64,000 nucleotides of DNA from Octopus sinensis. Lineage: Eukaryota. The stretch is taken from contig NC_043008.1 in the NCBI RefSeq assembly GCF_006345805.1, positions 49,662,001-49,726,000 on the forward strand. Reading direction: 5' to 3'. Positions within the stretch are counted from its first letter, which is position 1, and each line of letters opens with the position of its first letter. The notes beneath the pieces are model-generated. The model was not told the origin of the DNA. It worked only from the letters and a program-made list of their open reading frames with translations, and did no database searches. The translations under genes and the position numbers were made by a program. Of the stretch, positions 37,222-47,852 are shown piece after piece.

Positions 37222-38070
37222 GGGGGTACACAAAAGAAACCGGAATTTTACAATATGATTTTATTCACTTAGTTTTACATGTTTAAAGCAATACATCAGT
37301 CCAGACATGTCTTTCACTGTTTGAAGCAGTGCTGGAACTCTTTTAACACCTCTGTTGTTTTTTTTGTTCACCTCTTCCACAACTGCAAATTCCATAGCAC
37401 CAGCTTTCATACCAGTGATGACCTTCAAAAAAAGGTCCAGATCAATTTCCCACTCTCTTTTCAGTTCATAACACACATTCAGTTGTGACTGCTTTTGATC
37501 TTTCATAAGCAAGCGAAGTACAAATTTTGTTGCAACTCTTTCCATTTGCAATTTGTTGTCAAAAATTCGTTGGCAGGAGCTCCAGGACACACAAGTCATA
37601 TCAACAAGTTCATCAATTGTTCGATGACAGTCTGCCAAGATCAGTTCATGAATTTTCATGATATTTTCATTCATTCAGGAGGTTGATGGATGTCCTGAAC
37701 AACGTTGGTCTTCAAGCAACAAGTGGCCATTCCTAAAACATGAAAACCACTCATAAACTTGTGTCTTGCTCATAGCAGCTTCCTTGTAAACTGTTTGTGA
37801 CATGATAACTGTTTCAGTCACTGTTTTCCCCAGTAGAAAACAGTATTTCACAGAATCATGCTGTTCTTTCATTTCAACCAACACAAAAATCAATGAACAG
37901 GGGAGGATCACTGCACAACATAGATGCTCCACGTAGCAGTATGACCACACCCAACAATACCAGTTGTCAGACTGATGTCTGAGAGTCATATCAAGTGGCT
38001 TTTAGTGATGGAAGCCTGAACTACAATGTGCTTGTCCCACAGAGAATGTTTCTGGCTACTTTTGGGTACT
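37222..38070 (-). mobile_element. Mariner (Tc1/mariner) transposon, internally deleted pseudogene
   Basis: HTH ...KYCFLLGKT...VYEWFSCFRNG..LED..SGHPSTS and VATKFVLRLL...FLKVITG. Degenerate TIRs gtac.caaaag.a.cc.gaa at both ends. Confidence 0.85.
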
Positions 38071-38186
38071 TACATGTGTGTGTGTGATAAATTGTGTGTA
38101 GAGTTGTTCAGTATCAGGATTATCGATGGGTTGAGGTGGGATGTCCATCTATAGCACTACATTTCCATTTATGTCATTGATTCCAA

Positions 38187-38445
38187 TTAATGTAATGTTG
38201 CTCTTGGATCTTCATTTTCACATGGACCTCTAGGGTTTTGCTGTAGAGAGTATAATTCTAATTCAATTTCATTGCCATAAACTGAATCAGAGTTTTGCAC
38301 GGCACGACAGATATTCTCTGCAGGAAGGGCTTCATCTGCTTGATCGATATCATCAATTTGATCAATTTGATCAGCTTGATTGACTTGATTGACTTGATGT
38401 GCTGGCATGTGATCTTTGCGTCTTTTGTTTTTGAGTATATTATAT
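38187..38445 (-). CDS. Uncharacterised type I membrane protein, terminal exon (cytoplasmic tail RYNILKNKRRK...VYGNEIELELYSL...RATLH*)
   Basis: tctattgcag acceptor with phase 2 start matching the TM exon; basic stop-transfer residues; 86 codons to TAA. Confidence 0.75.
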
Positions 38446-39963
38446 CTGCAATAGACAATATATATGTGTATATGCGTGTGTGTGCGTACCTGTGTGTATA
38501 GATGTGCATGTATGTCTGTATGTATGTATGTATAATTTGGATGAAAATATTTCTCTCTCACTCTTTCTCTCTTCCCATCTCTCTCCGATCTTTCTTGTCT
38601 TATACATGTGCTCACAAACACCCACATATGTATGTGTACATACATATGTGAGCTTGTGTATGTACATATATGCTTGCTTGTGGGCATGCATATATATATA
38701 CATATATCATCATCATCATTTAGCGTCATATATATATATATACATATATACATACATACATACAGAGAGACAGCGAGACAGTGAGAGTCAATTCAATTAA
38801 ACAAATAATAAAATTAACAGACAACAAGAGGACATGCACATGGAATGTATTAGCTCGACACTCAGTAAAGAGAATGAGTTTTTAATGTTTTGATCATATA
38901 TATGCAGATTAATCAATTATGTAATTTATCTATATATAAAGATGAGAATGTCTGCCTGTCTGTGTGAATCCCACTCACTCTATTTGTCTCTCTCTCTCTC
39001 TCTCTCACATAGGCATGCACGCACACACACACACATGTCCATTTCATATACATGTACATACATCTTTCACTATCTCATCTCCTTCACTTTCTTTCTCTTT
39101 GTCTTTTTTGCTTTCTCTTTCAATTTCTGCTCTCTTCAAATAAATTTTTACTGAATGAGCAGGAGAAATACAAAACGAGAAAAAGACAGAGACAAGAGAA
39201 AGAAACAGAGACAGAAAACAAGTTTCTCTAGAAGATGAAAGACAAGGATAGTGGATGACAGAGAAATGCTGGTGTTTCATACCTTACATATGCTCTAAAA
39301 GTGAAAGAGAGAGAGAATGTGTGCATGTGTGTGCATGCACATATGTTCCTTATGCATTCCAATATTGTGTTGCCCATTTTGACATATGGGGTATCAAAAT
39401 ATTCAGTAGTATTTTGGCTACCAAATAAATTATATTTTCATTTACATATATTCTATATTATTTCAACAACTAGATATAGTTATTTGAAAGACACTGCTCT
39501 GCAATGACAGGTTTCATTAGAAAGTGAAAATAGTTTCATACTTTCAATTTCAACCAAAATTACAAAGTGTTGCATTACGAGAGTGACGATGTTTCAATAA
39601 TGAAAGTAATGTTTCACCGAATTAGTCACATCTGTACTATAATAAAGAAAGCTGCTTATCATCTATAATGTGATAAAGCTATACTATTGTTTCACTTTTA
39701 ATTCTAATGTGATAACATTAAGATCACCTTATTTCTATTATATTTGAAATAAATGAATAATCTAGATCCTAATATGAACAACATTACACATCAGCAACTT
39801 TCCGTGTTTACGACCACCACAGCAGAATGGTGTGTCAGTGTATGTGTTGACTGACATAACGAATAGCTGGAGGCGAAACTCTTGACCAAAAACAATGAGG
39901 TGGCAGGTCCAAAGTGTATAAAAATACACATTTACCATGCAATTACCAGTTAATAATTATCAC

Positions 39964-40186
39964 AGCAGTTGCAAGGTGTTTACAGTTTCATATTTACCTT
40001 TAAATTAACATTTAATACATGTGCTTAATCATCATCATCATCATCATCATCGTTTAAGCGGACGTTAAACATCATCATCATCGTTTAACGTCCGCTTAAA
40101 CGATGATGATGATGATGATGATGATTAAGCACATGTATTAAATGTTAATTAAAGGTAAATATGAAACTGTAAACACCTTGCAACTG

Positions 40187-40188
<2 letters not shown>
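39964..40188. repeat. Near-perfect inverted repeat, ~107-bp arms, 12-nt spacer
   Basis: The arms are reverse complements with a single 1-nt indel. Confidence 0.93.
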
Positions 40189-40233
<45 letters not shown>

Positions 40234-41075
40234 ATATTATTTTATGTAGAAAAATACAAACTGGGACAAGAATGTAAAACATTTAGAAGATGATACAAAA
40301 AACACGGACGGGACATTCGAAGCCTTCAATCTTCAGTCAAGAACCGGATCAATATATATATGTGTGTGTGTGTGTATTATGTGTGTATGTATGTGTGTAT
40401 GTATGTATGTATGTATGTATGTATGTATGTATGTATGTATGTATGTATGTCAGGTCACTTTCGAGTGCTACTGGTAACATGTAACCCAGTACAACCTGTT
40501 GTATGGTCAGGTCGTCGGCGACTAAACCGGCAACCCCACCAAGCTTGCTTGGTGAGGAGGGTGTTTATTGGACACCCTGTGGGATGAAAAACAAAACCTG
40601 TCAAAGGGCGGAGGAACTCTTGAGAGTCAACGGCCATCCAATAAATGTGTATTTTTTTTTCTCTCTTAAGGCTTAAGACTGTATCATGCGCGGGGACATA
40701 GAAATAATCAGACTGAATACCCGATCGTGCGGTTAAACCATTGAGAATGAAGGACTCCTAGCCTTTGTTAGGGCATCCTTCTAGGAGAAGATAACTCAGG
40801 TAACTGGGATAACTCCGACATAAAACCTGCGGCTCAGTGGTTACTGATGATGTTGACTTGTTCTTCTTTTCGGATTATGGCTGCTGTTGCTTAGTGAGTG
40901 GGACTGACTCAGTGCACAGCCTTTCCTCACTTTAAAAAAAGTCTTCTTGCACAGGCATTGCACGATAACAACATTTATTAAGCTTCGCGCAATGGCTATA
41001 CTCGATAACGAGGGGGCAGCCACCATGTATGTATATATATATGTATGTATATGTATATATATATTTATTTGTATG

Positions 41076-41108
<33 letters not shown>

Positions 41109-41129
41109 TAGGGTAATGTCTGTCATTAG

Positions 41130-41295
41130 GACAATGCCACACTTTTTTGCAGACATGACAGAATTTACTAGGGATTGGCTGGGTTAGTATGTCACACCCT
41201 CAACATTCACCTGAACTGGTGCCTTCAGATTTCTACCTATTTCAGTCTCTTCAAAATTCATTAAATGGACAAACCTTCAACTCTGTGGAGGAAGA
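41130..41295 (+). mobile_element. Mariner transposase C-terminal relic
   Basis: HPQHSPELVPSDFYLFQSLQNSLNG matches the mariner HPPYSPDLAPSD motif. Confidence 0.75.
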
Positions 41296-41451
41296 GTTTT
41301 GTTTGACAGTAAATGCAAGCAATTATTTGAGGAGACAATTCACACACAGACAAATTCAAACACACATATGCACTTACACACATGTCTACACACATACAAA
41401 CACAAAAAGGAAATAGACTGAGAATAAAGATTGATAATATACAAGCTTTAC

Positions 41452-41515
41452 CTGATACAGAGAATGATGATGATAATGATCAAAAATGACATGAGGACTG
41501 CAGAGAGGCCAATAA
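41452..41515 (-). CDS. Uncharacterised membrane protein, transmembrane exon (xIGLSAVLMSFLIIIIIILCIR)
   Basis: tttctcctttag acceptor and AG|gtaaag donor, 64 nt, phase 1 to 2, encoding a ~21-aa hydrophobic helix. Confidence 0.78.
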
Positions 41516-41996
41516 CTAAAGGAGAAAACAATAAGATACTCATATAAACGATAATTTATATAAGTTTGAACAGAATTTAATATACGTATCTCAATAATCA
41601 AAACCAAATTTATCATCATAAAAAATTACAAATGTAATTCTTTTCTACTCTAGGCATAAAGCCTGAAATTTTGTGGGAGGGGGCCAGTCAATTAGATCGA
41701 CCCCAGTATGCAACTGGTACTTAATCTATTGACCCCAAAAAGATGAAAGGCAAAGTTGACCTCAGCAGAATTTGAACCCACAATGTAAAGACAGATGAAA
41801 TATCACTAAGCAATTCGCCCAGCGTTCTAATGTTTCTGCCAGCTCACCACCTTAAAATTACTAATATAATTAAAAGGGCAAGTGTCTCCTACTTGGGCTG
41901 ATCAAAACCTTGTTAGTGGATTTGATAAACAGAAACTGAAAGAAACCTGTCAGATAGATAGATAGATGGATGAATGGACAGATGGCTGGACATATA

Positions 41997-42027
<31 letters not shown>

Positions 42028-42034
42028 ATCTATC

Positions 42035-42131
42035 TTCTTAAGAAGATTTTAGTTCATGTTGTGTGTGAAGTTTGTGAATGAAACATTCACAAACTTCTCC
42101 ATACACAACATGGACTAAATCTTCTTAAGAA
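42035..42131. repeat. Imperfect inverted repeat, ~46-48-bp arms, 3-nt loop
   Basis: ttcttaagaagattttagttcatgttgtgt...gaagtttgtgaatg-aaa-cattcacaaacttc...acacaacatggactaaatcttcttaagaa. Confidence 0.9.
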
Positions 42132-43553
42132 AATACAAAATTACAATAATTTCAATGTTGTGATTAGCGAAAGCGAAACTAGTCAACAAACACAATACTC
42201 TTTCACTTAGAAATATATTAAAACTATGTAAAATGTGTGCATTTTCCTTCTCTTACTATATATAAATATATATATATATATTTGCATTACAACTCACCAC
42301 GTGGTGATAACTGAAAATCTCCTCCTCTCTTTTTTGTTACTATATATATTAATATACATATGTATGTGTCTGTGTACATTCCCAGCCACCACTTGACAAC
42401 TGGTGTTGGTGTATTTATGTCCTCATAACTTAACAGTTTGGCAAGAGAGACTGATAGAATAAGTACTAGGCTTGAAAAGGATATTAAGTGCTGGTGTCAT
42501 TTAGTTTCACTAAAATTTCTCAAGGTGGTACCCCAGCAAGGCCACAGTCTAATGACTGAAACAAGTAAAAGGTAAAAGAATCCATTCTGAAGGAAATGAG
42601 AAACTGTCTAATGTAAGGGAGAAAACTCTAATCCCTTCTCAATCAATTTGTTCTTTCACAGAATCATTACAAAGCTGGACTTTGACTTGGACAGTTTTCA
42701 GTATGATATTAAGAGTTAATTAGATATTTTTGTGTGGGTGTGTTACTACATTAAGTTTGTTAACCTCACTTAACTCTCTGTCCTTCATTCAGATATTCTT
42801 AGTGCAGTTATTAAAATGCGAAACATCAGCTTAAGAAGGACAAATTTATTCAACTGAATTCTTCATTAATTAAAACAAAGACTATTTGAATAGTAATGTG
42901 GTAACAAAAGGTTAAACTCATTCAAATATTCTTGATGCAGTTATTAAATTGTCATTGAATTTAGAGTTGAGTTTTGAGAAAAGACCTCTCCCAATCATAA
43001 AATCATGTTTGCAAAGTATGAACCAGTTTCCATAGCTATCAAACCATGATATGATGTGACAGATTTTCAATACTTGACATTAAGTGGATACCATTCCAAT
43101 GATAGTCAGCGAATAATCACAAAGTCTCTAACTTCCAAATACACTCATAAGGCATTAGTTTGTTGGCCCAGAGCTATATTGAATGACACGTGCCAATGTG
43201 GTTGCAAAATGAAAACTTGATAAACAAAATTTATGAGATGATACATGAGAAAATAAAAATAATTACCTATTTTTACAGAGAAATTTGTTTCATTACAATG
43301 TATTTTCTCTAAAAAGTAAAGACAAAATTTTAATTAAAAATTGGCAAAAATATCTCTGAAACACTCGAACATTATTATTGATTTGAGAAGTCCAATCCTG
43401 TTTCATATAAGGATTGTTCATTTCAATCACTGATGCTATCACAATTTGGACGAACCATTTAGTATGGAATAAATTCTTGGAAACAAGAAATAGTTTATGA
43501 TAACATCAGATGATGAACAGATATATATACACACAAACACACACACACACACA

Positions 43554-43649
<96 letters not shown>

Positions 43650-43661
43650 CATATATATACA

Positions 43662-45265
43662 TCTGTCAGCAAGGTTAGGATTGGCAATGAGTATAGTGAA
43701 GAATTCCGGGTAGAAGTAGGGGTCCACCAAGGTTCAGTCCTCAGTCCCCTTTTATTCATCATAGTCCTCCAGGCAATAACAGAGGAATTCAAGACAGGTT
43801 GCCCCTGGAGCTCCTCTATGGTGATGACCTGGCCCTCATAGCAGAATCACTACCAGAACTAGAAAAGAAATTTCGGGTGTGGAAGCAAGGTTTAGAATCA
43901 AAGGGCCTTAGAGTAAATGTCGCAAAGACCAAAGTTATAGTAAGCAGAAAGGCGAACTCATCACCCACCCCCTCGGGCAGGTGGCCCTGCTTGATCTGTA
44001 GGAAAGGTGTAGGTAGAAACTCCATAAGATGTACCCAGTGTAAGCTATGGATGCATAAGAGGTGCAGCAACATCAAAGGAAGATTAACTGATAAGATAGC
44101 TTTCATGTGCGGCAGATGCACAGGGGCAATAGACACCACAGATACTTAGAAAACAGATTCCATCACACTCCAGGGGAAGAAACTAGAAGTAGTTGATAGT
44201 TTCTGCTACCTAGGTGACCAAGTTAGTAGTGGAGGTGGATGCTCAGAGAGTGTCACCACTAGAACACGAACAGCCTGGGCAAAGTTTAGAAAGCTCCTAC
44301 CCCTACTGGTGACAAAGGGTCTCTTGCTCAGAGTGAAAGGTAGATTGTATGATGCATGCGTGCGAACTGCCATGCTTCACGGTAGTGAAACATGGGCTGT
44401 GACTGCATAGGACATGCATAGACTTGAAAGAAATTAAGCTAGCATGATCCGCTGGATGTGTAATGTCAGTGTGCACACACGACAGAGTGTAAGCGCCCTG
44501 AGAGAAATGCTGGACACAAGAAGCATCAGATGTGGTGTGCAAGAGAGACGTTTGCGCTGGTATGGTCATGTACTATGGATGGATGAGGAGAGATGTGTGA
44601 AGTGCCACTCTCAAACAGTTGAAGGTATCAGGGGAAGAGGTAGACTCAGGAAGACACGGGATGAGGTAGTCAAACATGACCTTCGAACATTGGGCCTCAC
44701 AGAGGCAATGACGAAAGACTGAGATCTCTGGGGATATGCTGTGACTACAAAGATCCGGGCTGCTTCTTGCACCAGTTTCGCATAGCCCCAGCCCATCCAA
44801 AGTACCTTGGATTGCAGAACACATCCTGCTGTGCTTACCTTGGATCGTAGGGTGACCTGCTGTGCTTGAGGAGACCTATTGAGTCAAGTACATCAACATT
44901 AAAATGAATATCAAATGGAAATTGTAGCTATGATACCTGTGCCGGTGGCATGTAAAAAGCACCATCCAAACGTGGCCGATGCCAGCGCCGCCTTGACTGA
45001 CTTCTGTGCCGGTGGCATGTAAAAAACACCATCCGATCGTGGCCGTTTGCCAGCCTCGTCTGGCACCTGTGCTGGTGGCACATAAAAAGCACCCACTACA
45101 CTCACGGAGTGGTTGGCGTTGGGAAGGGCATCCAGCTGTAGAAACACTGCCAGATCAGACTGGAGCCTGGTGCAGCCTCCTGGCTTCCCAGACCTCGGTC
45201 GCACTGTCCAACCCGTGCTAGCATGGAAATCGGACGTTAAACGATGATGATGATGATGATGATGA
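43662..45265 (+). mobile_element. RTE-clade LINE, 5'-truncated (RT C-terminal half with PHD-like insert, 3' UTR, (GAT)n tail)
   Basis: GVHQGSVLSPLLF, LYGDDL, KTK, CYLG, LHGSETW and RRLRWYGHV motifs with frameshifts and stops; ends cggacgttaaac(gat)n. Confidence 0.92.
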
Positions 45266-45286
45266 TACACACGCATATATATATAT

Positions 45287-45950
45287 ACTGAGTTGGCCAA
45301 AAAGTCTATTCTGTTTTCATTGAAACTAAACTTCATGCATGCCAATAAGTAGCTAACTTCAGTCTGTCCTATGTTCAATGTGAAATTACAACAAGACAGG
45401 TTGTATTTTGTATGCTTGAAATCATCCTGTAAATGGAGACCCAAACAAATATTATCAACGCTTCATGCTGTTTTATTTCAAAACAGGCGAGAAAAGAACG
45501 CAACAAAAGAAACCAATAGGAAGATATGCACTGGCACACAAGTTCTTCTGTTAATCCAGAACATGTATTTTAAAAGCAGTTTCCAGGAAATTTTTCATTT
45601 TTTTTCTGGCCAGCCAAATGAAATTAACAGTGACAAAAATGAAGGAGTTAGTTGACTCCAACCCCATTACATGATCAGGATGGTTACAGATATTCTCCAA
45701 ATACATAAGTCGAGTGCCAAAACCATCTGCATTGACTTGGTCTCAATGTTTGGGCTCCACATCAGATGAATGGGGCTAACCTCGCCCAATAGAACATATC
45801 TTTCTGTGGGTTTCTGTTGCTTTCTTGTCTTGCCCTTTAAGAAATAAAACAGCATAAGGTGTTGATAATGTTTGCTTTCGGTTTCCATTTTCAGGGCAAT
45901 CTTGAGCATGCAAAATACAACCTGTTTTCTCAAAAGTTCACATTATTTTG
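45287..45950. mobile_element. Mariner-derived element with two inverted 5' ends
   Basis: The mariner N-terminus (MET...Y...MLFYF.KG) is on + at ~45433 and on - at ~45890, with matching upstream ~70 nt. Confidence 0.65.
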
Positions 45951-46269
45951 ATGTCTATTTTTCCATACTTGCATGGAACAGATGGAATTTATTATGGCAG
46001 ATTTTCTTTGACTAGATGCTTTTCTAGTCACAAACATACATGTGTGTGTGTGTGTGTGTGTGTACGTACACGTATATATTTACACACAAATGTATATATA
46101 TATATATGTATTTACAAACATAAGTACTTGTGTTTGTATGTACATATGTATGAATGTATGTATATATTATGTATGTATGTATGTATGTATGTATGTATGT
46201 ATGTATGTATGTATGCATGCATGCTTGCATGCATGTATGTATGTATGTATGTATGTATAAATGTATGTA

Positions 46270-46495
46270 TGAGATGGTATCAAAAAGTTCCAGGACTAGT
46301 TATGTTTAACAAAAAATAACTTATTTATCTAAGTTTTAACATCATCACCTTTGAAGTGGTCACCTTGTGCTGCAAGTCACTTATCCCAGTGTTCCTGCCA
46401 ATTTTGGAATCTGGCCTGGTAGTTTTCCATAAGTGGATCAAGGACCTTCTGCGATTCACTCTGGATCTCATCAATGGTATTAAAATGACAACCTG
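46270..46495 (-). mobile_element. Mariner 3' terminal fragment
   Basis: TIR-like gagatggtatcaaaaagttcc after a (TA/TATG) tract; resembles mariner C-terminal coding sequence on -. Confidence 0.55.
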
Positions 46496-46963
46496 GACAC
46501 TGACAAAATCATTTCCTGACTGGATTTCCTCCAGAAGATTCTACTGAGTTGGCTTTTCCGTGCATGATCTACCCAACAAGTGTATATGTGTATATGTGAT
46601 GAAAATATGTGTGCATGTGTGTTTATATATATGATGAATGTATGTGTGTCCCCATTTATACTGATGCTGATAACTGTCATTTAAAATAAACAATATTTAA
46701 GCATGACAATTTCAGGCAACCATATACCTTGGCATTAGGAAGGGCATCCAGATGTAGAAACTCTGCCAGATCAAGATTGGAACCTACTGCAGCCATCTGG
46801 CTTGCCAGTCCTCAGTCAAATCGTCCAACCCATGCTAGCATGGAAAGTGGATGTTAAACGATGATGATGATGAATGTATGTGTGTGTCCATCTATACTGA
46901 TGCTGATAACTGGCATTTAAAATAAACAATATTTAAGCATGACAATTTCAGACAACCATATAC

Positions 46964-47063
46964 CTTTTGTTATTCGAGAAAATTCTGTCACCAAGTAATT
47001 CTGAAATTTTCTTTCTACATTTGTTTTAAATTGATACTCCGAGTAATTGCTGATCACACTTAT
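46964..47063 (-). CDS. Uncharacterised membrane protein, short exon of extracellular module C (ISVISNYSEYQFKTNVERKFQNYLVTEFSRITK)
   Basis: ataatttcag acceptor and AAG|gtatat donor, 100 nt, phase 0 to 1, open. Confidence 0.7.
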
Positions 47064-47167
47064 CTGAAATTATAGATTTGAAACATCAAATTCACTTTCA
47101 TAAAACAAGCAATGTGCTTGCCTATAATATTTAAATATTTTAAAATATGTAAAGAAAATATTTTTAC

Positions 47168-47397
47168 TTCATTGATTCTCAGAAGTTGATCCAAAAAGTG
47201 GAATTTTAATTTCATGATTTCGTTTTTCTCATATGACTTCAGATTAAAATATTTTATATAAGTATTTCCATAAGGAAAAACATATTTCCATTGTAAATTT
47301 CTAGTGAAAGAAGAAGATAGAGTGTCTTGAATTATTTCCACATCGAAATTTCTTTCATGTTCTTCAGGAGAAATAACTTTCAACAACCAATTTTTGC
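47168..47397 (-). CDS. Uncharacterised membrane protein, long exon of module C (xKNWLLKVISPEE...DQLLRINE)
   Basis: tatatttcag acceptor and GAA|gtaaaa donor (weaker), 230 nt, phase 1 to 0, open. Confidence 0.65.
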
Positions 47398-47852
47398 CTG
47401 AAATATAAATTTAGGAAATAAGTCTTTTAGTGCATGTGCTTGTGTGTGTGTACACACACACACATACACACAAACACACACACACATACACACACACACA
47501 CACAGAACTTGGGATTCAAATTTAAGCACAGACATGTCTTCAAAGTAAAATAAAGTTTCTCTTGCAACTTCTAAAACTCAATTTATGCCATAACATACTG
47601 TAGAAACTGCATCAGACAGATGGGATTATCACTTTGCAGACAATTGATGATGCACAAGCAAAAAAAAAGAAAAAAAAGAAAGAAAGAGGAACACATAGCA
47701 ACTAATACTGAAATGGAACCACCCAATTTAAAGATTTTTCCATTTTACAAATGCTCAGATTCTACCATGTAACATCTATGAACAAATAAAGGAAGAAAAT
47801 TTATTATGAAATATAAGCCTTGCTGGAATAATTGACAAACAATTTCAGGCAA

